Source: Candidatus Iainarchaeum sp. (GTDB lineage: Archaea > Iainarchaeota > Iainarchaeia > Iainarchaeales > GCA-2688035). From it: a stretch of DNA of 64,000 bases. This document shows positions 19,328 to 29,398 of the stretch, in pieces; the first letter of the stretch is position 1; each line of letters begins with the position of its first letter. The DNA is taken from contig JAFCCL010000006.1 of NCBI GenBank assembly GCA_017610205.1, positions 32,001-96,000 on the forward strand. Reading direction: 5' to 3'. Made by a program: the position numbers and the translations under genes. The notes beneath the pieces were generated by a model. That model was given only the letters and a program-made list of their open reading frames with translations, ran no database searches and was not told the origin of the DNA.

Positions 19328-20199
19328 GGAAGGGATTTGTGATTTCAATCAGCACCTTTCTGGTAATGATAACTGTGGTGTGGTTCAGTATTTTTTACAC
19401 AGGATTTATGCAAAACCAGGAAGCAGACATTTACAGCACTTATCCTATTGAAAAAGCCGGCTTTGTTGCAGATGACATAATATGGGATGTGAATCAAATC
19501 GTTGGCATTGGACAAAGTGTTGAAAGGAGAACAGATTTTATGAGGATTGAAATAAAGGACAAGCTTCCTGCAGATATAAACAAGCTGCAGCTGATTGACT
19601 ACAATGAATTTGTTGACATAAATTACAGTGAAAAACAAAATGCCTCAATTAACCTTGATTTTTCAAATTTGCTTGACGGAAAGGTTGAACTTCTTTTCAG
19701 CAACGGTCTTGTATACGAGCACCAATATTCAGGAGACCAGAACTTTTCCAAGTTTTACAGGAACGATGGCAGCGATACAGGTGTTTTTACCTACGACATA
19801 AATGTTTTTGTGCAAAATGCAAGATATGACAGTGGAGAATCCGAGGAATGGGACTGCGACAATGACGGAGATGTGAATGTGAATTTAAGGTATAGCGATA
19901 GCTATGGGGAAAGCGTTAATAGTTTTTGCCAACAGGATTCTGAAGAAGAGTATGAATATGAGTTTGAATTTGATAGTGTTGCAGGAAGCCTTGTTGTAAG
20001 TTTTGGAGATGTACAAGGCAATGAGAATTCACTAAAGATAAGGAATAATATCGGAAACCCAAATGTTGAAGTAGTTGTTTCAATCAGTGCAGAGCTTGCT
20101 TCTCCAACTGAAGAAGTTGTATGGTATTATGATGCAGACCTGAATTATGTGCAGGGGGCTGTTGAATTGAATAGAAAAATTGAATTGGGAAGAAGCTAA
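19324..20199 (+). CDS. minor type IV pilin-like protein, acidic
   Basis: MRKG|FVIS signal; ATGA overlap gives start 19324. Confidence 0.75.
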   Translation: MRKGFVISISTFLVMITVVWFSIFYTGFMQNQEADIYSTYPIEKAGFVADDIIWDVNQIVGIGQSVERRTDFMRIEIKDKLPADINKLQLIDYNEFVDINYSEKQNASINLDFSNLLDGKVELLFSNGLVYEHQYSGDQNFSKFYRNDGSDTGVFTYDINVFVQNARYDSGESEEWDCDNDGDVNVNLRYSDSYGESVNSFCQQDSEEEYEYEFEFDSVAGSLVVSFGDVQGNENSLKIRNNIGNPNVEVVVSISAELASPTEEVVWYYDADLNYVQGAVELNRKIELGRS

Positions 20200-20239
20200 T
20201 TATATTAGCCGGAATCACTTTTGTTGTTTATAATTAATT

Positions 20240-20372
20240 TCATTTTCGTTTCTTATAATTAGTTGTTATTTTTACTTTGCTTTTAGGGTGCTTTTTTCCG
20301 GTAGTTTTTCTTTTTTCCTTCAGGCTGGGCAAAAAGTGCAATAACTGCCAGCAGAAACAACAATTTTTTCAT
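20240..20372 (-). pseudogene. internally deleted remnant paralogous to 20495-21976
   Basis: Starts MKKLLFLLAVIALFAQ, shares TTGAATGAAAAAATTGTTGTT with the neighbour, then jumps to a Lys-rich tail. Confidence 0.5.
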
Positions 20373-20494
20373 TCAAGGATTACCTTTTTAAATGTCCATT
20401 CAATCATTATCTTTGAAATTGTTCTTTATATAAATAGTCTCTTATATACAAAATAGTTTTCCTAAGGCAAGACAGGAAAAATAGTTATTTTTGT

Positions 20495-21976
20495 TTATCT
20501 TTTTTTATTCTTAGAAATATACTTTTTGTATATTTTAATTTTTTCTTTCAGTTTTTTTTCAGCTTTAGTTTGTTTTCCAGATTCCTTTTCAGCTTTAAAT
20601 TGTTTTTTGTGTTCCTTTTCCTTTTCAATATTGACAATGGTTATAACCAGAGGTTCACCTTCTTCATAGCCAATAACTGCAGGCAATGGAACAGAATTTG
20701 CTTCAGGCTGTGAAATTAACAAAGGAACAGTGTATGAAAAAGTTGTTAGCTTCATTGCACCAACCTTTTCCAAAATAAATTCAGCTACGGAATCAAACTT
20801 TTTTACATTGATTTTTGTATCCTCAGATTTTTCTAAAAAAGTTTTGCCAAAAAACCTTGGAATTTTAACTGCTACCTTTGCATTCAACCAGTTTCTGTTA
20901 GTGTTGTTTTCAATTGTAACCATTACCGTTGTTTCAAAACTTGCTTCTCCTTTTTTTGTTACAACAAGACAGCATTTAACCGACTGTAAAACATTTGTTC
21001 TGGCAGCAAACTCCATTGCGTTTTCCCTCACCTCTGCTTTTAATCCGAGTTTGTCAAGAATCCAACCCACATCGTAATCGTTTGCTGTTCCCTCTGACTC
21101 GGCAGCAAAAAGCCTCACACGATCTTCATCTTCAACACCATCAACAAGAGTTTCAGAAGGCATTATTTTCATAGGGTACTTTCCGCCTGCAAAACGCTTT
21201 GTTGTAAAAAATATTCCTGCAAAAAGCAGAGCGACTAAAACAATAATTGCAATCGTTTGCAATAACTCAAAAGGAAACGGCGGAGGAGTTAAAGGCAGTG
21301 CATTCACAGAAAAATCTTTTATAAGCTTTGCGGATTCGGTGCCTGATAAGGTAGTTACCATAAGCTTATAATTTCCTATCGGCAAACTAGGGCCAAGCCT
21401 TGTTATTTCATTAATCCCACTTACAGCAATATTCTGCGAATTAGACCAAACAACTTCACCATCCTTTGTTATCTGCTCATGTAATTGAATAGGTGTTTCA
21501 TCAACATCGTTTGTCTTAATAGAATAAGCAAAGCCCAGCTGGCCTCCTTCATCCAGACCATCAAGTATAATTGCACCAAGCTGGGGCATCACAGGAACAA
21601 TTTTTCTCACTTCAATTGTCTTGTTTGCCAAAACATTTGCATCATTGCACTTTAATTCAATCAAAAAATTGTAAATGCCCTCAAGGTGGCTTGGCAAAAG
21701 CACATTTGCATTTCCAGATTTTGTCTCATCGCTATCGAGAAAAATATTATCACTGCCCTTGCTTACTTTTTCATTGTCAACCTCAATCCAATAGCTTACA
21801 TAGCCTGTACATGGCGGACCAGCCCTGTTTCCTGCATAATACACAAAATCAAGAGGAGCTCCTGCTTTTACAATAACAGGCATGTCCTCAATTTTTAGCT
21901 CGAGAATGTTTTCTTCAGCCACAGTAAGCTGGGCAAAAAAGACCAAAATAACCAGAAGGAACAACAATTTTTTCAT
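20495..21976 (-). CDS. single-pass membrane surface protein (signal peptide, Ig-like domains, cytoplasmic domain)
   Basis: Signal peptide, Pro linker before TM helix, Lys-rich tail. Confidence 0.8.
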   Translation of the reverse strand: MKKLLFLLVILVFFAQLTVAEENILELKIEDMPVIVKAGAPLDFVYYAGNRAGPPCTGYVSYWIEVDNEKVSKGSDNIFLDSDETKSGNANVLLPSHLEGIYNFLIELKCNDANVLANKTIEVRKIVPVMPQLGAIILDGLDEGGQLGFAYSIKTNDVDETPIQLHEQITKDGEVVWSNSQNIAVSGINEITRLGPSLPIGNYKLMVTTLSGTESAKLIKDFSVNALPLTPPPFPFELLQTIAIIVLVALLFAGIFFTTKRFAGGKYPMKIMPSETLVDGVEDEDRVRLFAAESEGTANDYDVGWILDKLGLKAEVRENAMEFAARTNVLQSVKCCLVVTKKGEASFETTVMVTIENNTNRNWLNAKVAVKIPRFFGKTFLEKSEDTKINVKKFDSVAEFILEKVGAMKLTTFSYTVPLLISQPEANSVPLPAVIGYEEGEPLVITIVNIEKEKEHKKQFKAEKESGKQTKAEKKLKEKIKIYKKYISKNKKR

Positions 21977-22101
21977 TCAACTTCTCCTTTTATTAAACAC
22001 TAGTATATAGAAGTCCTTTTTAGTATAAAATTGTTTTTACAAACCTAGCAAAAGAACAATCAGTACCCCCAAAAAAAGCACAATTTCAAAAAGTTTGTCA
22101 A

Positions 22102-23799
22102 TTACCCAAATTTAGGGCTGTTTTCCTTCATTGATTTGAGCTTTTTTGCCAAAACCAGCATTGCAATCACAGCAAGAATTGCCACTATTATCCATGGAAT
22201 AATTTCAAAAAATGTTGCAACAAGAGACTGGTCTGAAGGAGATGGTGGAGTTGACGGAAGCAGTCCTGCAGATGGCTTTATTTCAAAAGAATACATATCA
22301 GTATCTGTTTCACCCTGATAAACAGCATCTACTTCAAGCCGGTAGTTGCCTGGTTCCAACCCATAAACTTCTTCGGAAAATTTCTGCAGGATTTGAACAG
22401 CCACTGTTTGCTTCTTTTCCCAAACCAGCGAATCGTTTAAATAAAGCCGTTCATTAACAAGCACTGGCAAAACCGCGTCCTTGTTTGATTCAATTGTCAT
22501 TGAAAAAGACAATGGCTCTGCACCACCGCCTGGCAAAAGTGAAGTAATATCAATTCCGATTTTTGTCGGAACACCTTTTCCAACAGTTATTAGCCTTTCC
22601 ACTTCAACGTTTTCCTGCTCTTCCCTTGACAATTGCAGATGGAACTCATACAAGCCATCCATGTCTTCAAACAAAAGAAGGTTTGCATTGATTTCCCTTA
22701 TTTCACCAGATACAAGATAAACTGTTTCACTTCCACTTACAAATTTCACATCATCTTTTTCAAGCCAATATTCAATATATGCATTGTCATTTGAGTTTGT
22801 TCCATTTGTTATAAGATAGGTAAAATCAAGTTTCTCACCTGCTTCAACAGGGTCATCAATTCGGATAAGGATTATATTAAAATCATTTTCCAAAACAGCC
22901 CCTGGAAAAACGCCGCCTCCACCAGGAACAGGTGAAGGTGTTGGCGTTGGTCCAGGTCCTGGAGGAGTATATGTTGTTTGCACTATCAAACTGTTGTTGT
23001 CAGCGTAATCCGTTGCCTTCACATAATAGGTATGGCTTGTTAATCCGCTTCCAGAAAAGACATGGGAAAGGGCGAGCCCTGTCCTTAGCCAGCTTCCACT
23101 GTCTTCCTTAATATAATATGTTTCAATTCCTGTAAACGAATCCTGTCCGTTCCATAAAAGGGCAACATTGGAGCCGCTTTGTGCAGCCGAAATGCTTGTA
23201 ATTACAGGGGCTGTTGCATCATAATGTACAATCCTTTCAATGGGCAAACCACAATTATTCAAATCGTCAGCTGCATAAAAAACAACGTTGTTGTCAGCGT
23301 CAACCGCCAAACCTGTTTCAACATAGCTGCAGTAGAACTCTCCCCTAAATTCGACGCAGTCAGTACTGCCATTAAAGTCAGTGCTTGCAAGGCCATTTAG
23401 ATCTACTCTAGCACTGTAGTTGTTTACATCAGCAGTTGGGGTTTTGTTCAAGTCAAAAATGATTGTTGGATTACTGTTAATGTTTGCATCCTGAACAGGG
23501 TTTTCTATATTGATTAGAACGCCAACAGGCCATCCGTCTAAAATTGTTGCAATCCAACCAAGCTGGAGATAGTAGCTGCTTGAGGATACTTCACCGGCAA
23601 TTGGCTGCCCTGTTGTACTAATCATGCCATAAGAACTTGAGCCAGTTTCTTCACCACTTACTATAGCCAGTTGAATTGGGTTTATTTTGTAAGCTGTTGT
23701 AATCGAGGGGAGAAGTAAAAGAGTAAGGCAAAGAACAATCAGTGGCTTGAAGAAAAATTGCTTTTTAAAAAAAATGTTTGTTTTTTCATTTTCAGACAC
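22102..23799 (-). CDS. secreted Ig/FN3-like surface protein with C-terminal TM anchor
   Basis: Signal peptide, DATAPVI, YYVKATDYADN, Pro-Gly linker, C-terminal TM; shares a domain with 20495-21976. Confidence 0.8.
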   Translation of the reverse strand: MSENEKTNIFFKKQFFFKPLIVLCLTLLLLPSITTAYKINPIQLAIVSGEETGSSSYGMISTTGQPIAGEVSSSSYYLQLGWIATILDGWPVGVLINIENPVQDANINSNPTIIFDLNKTPTADVNNYSARVDLNGLASTDFNGSTDCVEFRGEFYCSYVETGLAVDADNNVVFYAADDLNNCGLPIERIVHYDATAPVITSISAAQSGSNVALLWNGQDSFTGIETYYIKEDSGSWLRTGLALSHVFSGSGLTSHTYYVKATDYADNNSLIVQTTYTPPGPGPTPTPSPVPGGGGVFPGAVLENDFNIILIRIDDPVEAGEKLDFTYLITNGTNSNDNAYIEYWLEKDDVKFVSGSETVYLVSGEIREINANLLLFEDMDGLYEFHLQLSREEQENVEVERLITVGKGVPTKIGIDITSLLPGGGAEPLSFSMTIESNKDAVLPVLVNERLYLNDSLVWEKKQTVAVQILQKFSEEVYGLEPGNYRLEVDAVYQGETDTDMYSFEIKPSAGLLPSTPPSPSDQSLVATFFEIIPWIIVAILAVIAMLVLAKKLKSMKENSPKFG

Positions 23800-24013
23800 A
23801 GGATTAGCCCCCCAACTTTCCTAAAAAATAATTTTTCAGCCCAAAATTTATACGGGCAATTATTTTTTCCCAGTATATTAAAGGCTTTTAAAATTTAAAA
23901 AGCCATTGTTATCAATATCTTGGATTACACCTGAATCCAATAAGAAAGACTTGTTTTAATTACATTTATTAATTAGAAAAGCGTTTTATTGGGTAGTGGA
24001 AAAGTGACTGGAA

Positions 24014-25921
24014 ATGACTGAAGAAAAGAAAGCACTAAAAGGCAATGAAAAGCAAATTGAGAAAAAAAAGAAAATGCAAGCAAAGTCAGTGGTAAAAAAA
24101 GAAGGCCTTTGGGCAAATAAGGTTGAAAACAAAATGCAGGGAGAAGAAATTGAAAAAAATGGCGGGATTGCCTTTTTGCAGACACCTATTGACAAGTTTG
24201 TAGGACTTATTAAAAGAAATGGTAAGATGTCGTTTAAGGCGCTTGCAAACCAACTTGGATGGAGTGTTGAAAGCGTTGAAAAAGTCGGACTTGTTTTGGA
24301 AAAAAGAGGCGTTGTTGACGTGCGCTATCCGGCACTTGTTACAGCAAAGCCAAATATTTCTTTTATAAAAGAGCTTCCTTCAATTCCAAGATACGAAATT
24401 AGGGGAACTTTGCTTGAAAAATACCGTTACATTATTGACTTTGTTCCTGCAACAATTGAAATCTACAAAGTAAAAGAAGAACAGCGGCCGGTTTACCACA
24501 TAGTCACTCCTTATGTTGGAGCATATACCCGTGCATTTTTTGAAGAACTAAAGGAGAATATTGCGGAACAGATTCCAATAGAGGCATCTGAAATAACAGA
24601 CAACAGAAAAGGATTTGAATTGAAAAAAAGATTTTTTATAATTGCAAGAAAAGAGCTTAAAAGCTACCTTGCAGAAAGTCAGCCAAGAATTGTTGACGTA
24701 CTTGCAGGACTTTTGCTGCATGCAATGTACGGACTTGGAGAACTGGAAATTTTACTTGGGGACAACAACCTTGAAGAAGTAGCAGTTAACAGTGCAAAAA
24801 CTCCGATTACAGTTTATCATCGAAAATATGGATGGATGGAAACAACTATTTTTATGCAGTCAGAAGACGATATATTCAATTACGCAGCCCAGATTGGAAG
24901 AAAGGTTGGCAGAAATATTAACACCCTGCACCCTATCCTAGATGCACATCTTGTTTCAGGAGACAGGGTTAGTGCCACACTCAGCCCGGTAAGCAGTTCA
25001 GGCAACACAATTACAATAAGAAGATTTGCAAGGCGCCCTTGGACAATAGTTGATTTTATTGGAAAAGTTCACACAATGAACATTGAAATGGCGTCATTGC
25101 TTTGGATGGCAATGCAGTATGAGATGAGCATTGTGATTGCAGGCGGAACAGCAAGTGGAAAAACAAGCTGTTTAAATGCATTGACTGCAATGATTCCTGC
25201 ATACCATAGGACTATTTCAATTGAAGATGTTAGGGAAATAATGCTGCCAAAATACATGCATTGGAACTGGGTTCCTTTAACCACAAGAAATCCAAACTCC
25301 GAAGGAATGGGAGAGGTTTCAATGCTTAACTTAATGCAGGCATCTCTTAGAATGCGACCTGACAGAATTATTCTTGGAGAAATCAGGAGAAAGAAGGAAG
25401 CAGAAGTATTGTTTGAGGCAATGCACACAGGCCACAGTGTTTACAGCACAATCCACGCAGACAACAGCCAGCAGGTTTTAAGAAGGCTGACAGAGCCTCC
25501 AATTTCACTGCCGCCTTTGGAAATTGAGGCAATAGACCTTGTTCTTGTGCAATACCGGGACAGGAAAAAAAATGTAAGAAGAACCTATGAAATAAGCGAA
25601 GTTGAAAGCGGTGTAAGTGGTGAACAGCTTGGAATAAACACTGTTTTCAAATGGGATCCGAGGACAGACGAATGGGAAACAGTAAATCCTGCAACCAAAT
25701 TTATAAGGCAGCTTAATCTGCACACAGGAATGACAGAGGATGAGATAACAAAAAGCCTTGAGTCAAGAGCAGCTGTGCTGAAATGGGCTGATGAAAACAA
25801 ACAGAACGAAATAGAGCAGGTTGGTAAAATAATGAAACTTTATTACAGTGAGCCAAAAATTATTGAAAAGGCTGTATTGGACAATGAAAACCCTGAAACA
25901 GTTCTTGGTGGTAAAACATGA
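24014..25921 (+). CDS. type IV pilus assembly ATPase (VirB11/CpaF family) with N-terminal HTH-like extension
   Basis: GGTASGKT, SIEDVREI, LRMRPDRIILGEIR, AMHTGH, TIHA. Confidence 0.95.
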   Translation: MTEEKKALKGNEKQIEKKKKMQAKSVVKKEGLWANKVENKMQGEEIEKNGGIAFLQTPIDKFVGLIKRNGKMSFKALANQLGWSVESVEKVGLVLEKRGVVDVRYPALVTAKPNISFIKELPSIPRYEIRGTLLEKYRYIIDFVPATIEIYKVKEEQRPVYHIVTPYVGAYTRAFFEELKENIAEQIPIEASEITDNRKGFELKKRFFIIARKELKSYLAESQPRIVDVLAGLLLHAMYGLGELEILLGDNNLEEVAVNSAKTPITVYHRKYGWMETTIFMQSEDDIFNYAAQIGRKVGRNINTLHPILDAHLVSGDRVSATLSPVSSSGNTITIRRFARRPWTIVDFIGKVHTMNIEMASLLWMAMQYEMSIVIAGGTASGKTSCLNALTAMIPAYHRTISIEDVREIMLPKYMHWNWVPLTTRNPNSEGMGEVSMLNLMQASLRMRPDRIILGEIRRKKEAEVLFEAMHTGHSVYSTIHADNSQQVLRRLTEPPISLPPLEIEAIDLVLVQYRDRKKNVRRTYEISEVESGVSGEQLGINTVFKWDPRTDEWETVNPATKFIRQLNLHTGMTEDEITKSLESRAAVLKWADENKQNEIEQVGKIMKLYYSEPKIIEKAVLDNENPETVLGGKT

Positions 25922-26805
25922 GGGTAAAATTCATGCTTTTTTCAATTGAAAGAGCAAACAAGGTCAACAGGCATTTTGTTTGGATTGGAGAAAAACTAAA
26001 AACTATTTTTTCAAATTTCAAATATACTCTTATGCAGTCAGATCTTAAAATTTCTACTGAAAAATATTTAACAGCGGCATTTTTTAGCGCACTTGTATAC
26101 GGTTTGCTTTTCTTCGTGTTTATTTATGGATTGCAGTTTGCAAGAGACGGAACAGTTACTGCAGAAGGCAATATCATATCGTTTGTTGTAGGCCTTATGT
26201 TCTTTGTCATTTTCTTCATTCTGCACATAATCTACCCCGGAATTATGGCAAAACAGCATGCAACAGGAATTGACCAAAATCTTTTGTTTGCATTGAAAAG
26301 CATGATGATTCAGGTAAGCAGTGGAGTTTCATTGTTTGACTCAATGATAAACATAGGCAATGAAGATTACGGAATTGTAAGCAAAGAGTTTGCAGAATTG
26401 ACAAAAAAAATAAGTTCAGGAGAAGGCGAAGTAAAAGCCCTTGAAAAAATGGCTTTAAGCACAAAAAGCGATTATCTTAGAAAAACCACTTGGCAACTGT
26501 TAACATCTTTGAGAAGCGGAGCTTCTTTGGAGAGTGCCTTAAAATCAATTGTTGAAACACTTTCAAACAATCAGGCAAGGGCAATAAAAAATTATGCAGC
26601 TGAGTTAAATCTGTGGATTTTGGTTTATTTGCTTTTGGCAGTAGCTATTCCAACTATGGGAGTAACCTTTTTGGTTATTCTTTCCGCATTAGGCGGTGTA
26701 TCTATTGGACCAGAACTTATTATACTGATTGTATTGGGGGCATTTGCAATGCAAATTATTTTGATTGGATTTGTCAAAAACAGAATGCCAAAGGTGATTG
26801 CATGA
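25918..26805 (+). CDS. T2SS-F/TadB-C family pilus membrane platform protein
   Basis: SSGVSLFDSM, YGIVSKEF, SGASL, TM helices; ATGA overlap with the ATPase. Confidence 0.9.
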   Translation: MRVKFMLFSIERANKVNRHFVWIGEKLKTIFSNFKYTLMQSDLKISTEKYLTAAFFSALVYGLLFFVFIYGLQFARDGTVTAEGNIISFVVGLMFFVIFFILHIIYPGIMAKQHATGIDQNLLFALKSMMIQVSSGVSLFDSMINIGNEDYGIVSKEFAELTKKISSGEGEVKALEKMALSTKSDYLRKTTWQLLTSLRSGASLESALKSIVETLSNNQARAIKNYAAELNLWILVYLLLAVAIPTMGVTFLVILSALGGVSIGPELIILIVLGAFAMQIILIGFVKNRMPKVIA

Positions 26806-27842
26806 GTAAAACAGCAAGTGGAACATATGAAAGGGTGTGCAAAACAGTCTGCGAAATTGTTCCACAGGAAAGAAGAGTTGCAAAAGTTTTTCCAAAGCTT
26901 AAGTATGCTGGCATAAAAGAAAATTTTGATGTCTGGATTGGAAAAAGAATGATTTTGGTTTTCTTTGCAGGAGTAATTGGATTTCTTTTGCCTTTGGCTC
27001 TTGGAAGATACTTTGCATTTCTTGACTTTTCAGCCTTTGTAATGCCTTTGTTTGAAGCAATAGGTCTTGGAATTGCTTTTGCACTTGCAGCAGTGCTTGC
27101 AGTTTACCTTCATCTTTATTACACAATTGAAGGCCGTGCTTCAATGGTTGAAGCAATTTTGCCTGACTTTTTGATGCTTGTAGCAAGCAATATTAGTGCA
27201 GGAATGACTCCTTTTTCAGCATTTAGGGAAGGTGCAAGGAAAGAATTTGGGCCTTTAAGTGAGGAAATAAAAATTGCTTCTGCAAAAAGCCTTGGAACAA
27301 AAAGCTTTGGACTAGCCCTAAAACAGCTTACAGTAAAAATAAATTCAAAGATTTTGAGGGAAACAGTTTCATTCTTTGCACAGTCTCTGAAAAGCGGAGG
27401 CAAGCTCTCAAAGCTTCTTGAAACAAGCGCCCTTGACTTAAGAAGGACACAGGAAATGAAAAAGGATTTGGCTTCAAGTACAAGAATGTATATAATGTTT
27501 GTTGCATTTGTAATAGTAATCGCAACCCCATTGCTTTTAGGAGTATCAATTCAATTCCTTGAAATGATTTCCACTGTACAGGGAGAGCAATTGTCACAGG
27601 GAAGCCAAGGAATTTCAAGCGTTACGTTTCTTTCATCAGAATTGAATGTAAAACCAGCCTTTATGCTAAACCTTTCCTATATTTTGCTTACTGGAAATGC
27701 AATTCTTGCATCGCTCTTTATAGGAGTTATTGGAGGCGGAAAGGCAAAAATGGGCTTAAGATATACTCCTGCAATTCTAATTTCCTCAATAATTGTGTTT
27801 GTTTTCCTTGAACAAATTCTTAATTCAATGTTTGGAATTTAA
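26802..27842 (+). CDS. second T2SS-F/TadC family platform protein
   Basis: LPDFLMLVASNISAGMT, FGPLSEEI, SGGKL; start 26802 by ATGA overlap. Confidence 0.9.
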   Translation: MSKTASGTYERVCKTVCEIVPQERRVAKVFPKLKYAGIKENFDVWIGKRMILVFFAGVIGFLLPLALGRYFAFLDFSAFVMPLFEAIGLGIAFALAAVLAVYLHLYYTIEGRASMVEAILPDFLMLVASNISAGMTPFSAFREGARKEFGPLSEEIKIASAKSLGTKSFGLALKQLTVKINSKILRETVSFFAQSLKSGGKLSKLLETSALDLRRTQEMKKDLASSTRMYIMFVAFVIVIATPLLLGVSIQFLEMISTVQGEQLSQGSQGISSVTFLSSELNVKPAFMLNLSYILLTGNAILASLFIGVIGGGKAKMGLRYTPAILISSIIVFVFLEQILNSMFGI

Positions 27843-28027
27843 ATTAATCAAACTTGCTCAAAAAGTAAGTATTTAGTTGGGTCTATCTTCAAGGCTCAGA
27901 AATGCGTTAAAACTGCCAAAATTGAAAAATAGCACTCAGTGACTAAATACGTACCTCAAAAAAAAGCTTTATATAGAAGAAAACACTAATTAAAACCAGT
28001 TTTATTAAATTAAACGGAGGGAAAAAG

Positions 28028-28486
28028 ATGAAGTTTAAAGGTCAAGGGACAACAGAATATCTGATAATCCTTGCAGTTATAATTGTAGTTGCATTGGTTG
28101 TTGTCGGCGTAATGGGCTGGTTTCCAGGACTTGGAACAGGCATTACAGAAAGCCAGAGCAAAGCATACTGGAAAAGCGCTTCGCCAATAGCAATAACCGA
28201 CTGGAAAATCACAGGAACTGCAGCAGATGCCACATTCTCTTTACAGAATCTGACAACCGACAAAATATCGGTTACTGAGATAACAATTGATGGCGCAGCA
28301 ATTGGATTGGCAGACGTCAACATTGCAGCAGGAGACACCAACGGAAGCGTTACAGGCTCAACAGGCATTGCATGCTCAAGCGGCTCAAGCTACCAATACA
28401 ATATATCAATAAGCTATGATGTTGTAGGCGGAATTTCAGGCAAGACCGAAACAGGGCAAAAGCCATTAGTTGGAAGCTGTCCATAA
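28028..28486 (+). CDS. probable major type IV pilin
   Basis: KG|QGTTEYLIILAV; own promoter (CTTTATATA) and GGAGG; downstream hairpin. Confidence 0.88.
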   Translation: MKFKGQGTTEYLIILAVIIVVALVVVGVMGWFPGLGTGITESQSKAYWKSASPIAITDWKITGTAADATFSLQNLTTDKISVTEITIDGAAIGLADVNIAAGDTNGSVTGSTGIACSSGSSYQYNISISYDVVGGISGKTETGQKPLVGSCP

Positions 28487-28505
28487 AAAAAAGTGTTTTA
28501 TTCAA

Positions 28506-28540
28506 TGGGAAGCATTGTACTTCCCACTATTTTTCATTTT
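28506..28540 (+). terminator. hairpin plus T-tract after the pilin gene
   Basis: TGGGAAG...CTTCCCA followed by TATTTTTCATTTT. Confidence 0.55.
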
Positions 28541-28563
28541 GTTAAATTTAAGTAGGCTATATT

Positions 28564-28860
28564 CTAAAATATTGAAAAACCCATAAAAATAAAGTAAGCA
28601 TAGAAAAACACCTGCGCAAGAATTAATGCAGACGAAGTAAAAATTGTCGACTTCCTGTTTTTTGAAAACCTTTTAACAAAATTCAGCAATAGTACAATAA
28701 GAAAAAGAATTAATGGAAGTGAAAGAATAAAAATGTTCAACACCCACTTTTCAGGAATTCCCCAAACAAACCAAGTTGAAATTATCTTGTAGGCAAAATT
28801 TACCCCAGGCAACACAGCCAGAAAAGAAATTACTATAAAGGCAAGGTTTAATTTTTTCAT
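28564..28860 (-). CDS. small three-TM membrane protein
   Basis: Three hydrophobic segments. Confidence 0.6.
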   Translation of the reverse strand: MKKLNLAFIVISFLAVLPGVNFAYKIISTWFVWGIPEKWVLNIFILSLPLILFLIVLLLNFVKRFSKNRKSTIFTSSALILAQVFFYAYFIFMGFSIF

Positions 28861-28899
28861 TCAAAAAAAGAAAAGGAACAAAACCTATTTAATTGAAAT

Positions 28900-28934
28900 G
28901 CCTCAGTCCGCCCATCTTATTTGAAAGATGAAGA
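28900..28934 (-). repeat. att-like copy 1 of the sRNA 3' end, with hairpin arm
   Basis: GCCTCAGTCCGCCCATCTT (19/19 to 31251-31269) then ATTTGAAAGATGAAGA. Confidence 0.85.
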
Positions 28935-28948
28935 TTTAATTCCATTTT

Positions 28949-29398
28949 TTAAGAGTTCTTGGATTTAACGATGTCTTTTGCTTTTTCAATGAATTTTTCC
29001 GCTTTGTCATATAACTCGCTTAGGTTTTCCTCAAACTTCACTCTTGTGACATTGTATTGAACTTCCTGTCTTAGTCCCCTCAACAAATCAAATAATGATA
29101 AGTCCTCTGAGCTGAGCATTCCTTTTTCGCTGAATTTTTCTTCCAGGTATTTCTGCAGGCAATAGTGGCTTTTCTCCTTTACTCCATGCAAATAAAGTAT
29201 TGCTCTTGCTGCATGAAAAGCCGCATTGTACATTGCTATTGCAGCCATCTCTTCCTTTTTAATGTTTATTAAATCAAAACTTTCATTCAGAAAAAATTCA
29301 GCTTGTGCAAGATCCTGCAATGCAAGCCTCTTGCTTTTAGTGGTTTTCTTGAGTAATCCTTTCTCAAAACAATCATCAACCTCAGTCAAGTTCTTCAC
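28949..29398 (-). CDS. HEPN-domain protein (MNT-HEPN module)
   Basis: YNAAFHAARAIL, KSH, RQEVQY. Confidence 0.88.
   Translation of the reverse strand: MKNLTEVDDCFEKGLLKKTTKSKRLALQDLAQAEFFLNESFDLINIKKEEMAAIAMYNAAFHAARAILYLHGVKEKSHYCLQKYLEEKFSEKGMLSSEDLSLFDLLRGLRQEVQYNVTRVKFEENLSELYDKAEKFIEKAKDIVKSKNS

Noticed and set aside
16457-28486. Archaellum locus
   Set aside because: No archaellin or ArlH/F/G signatures; two TadC-like genes and QxxxE pilins indicate a pilus
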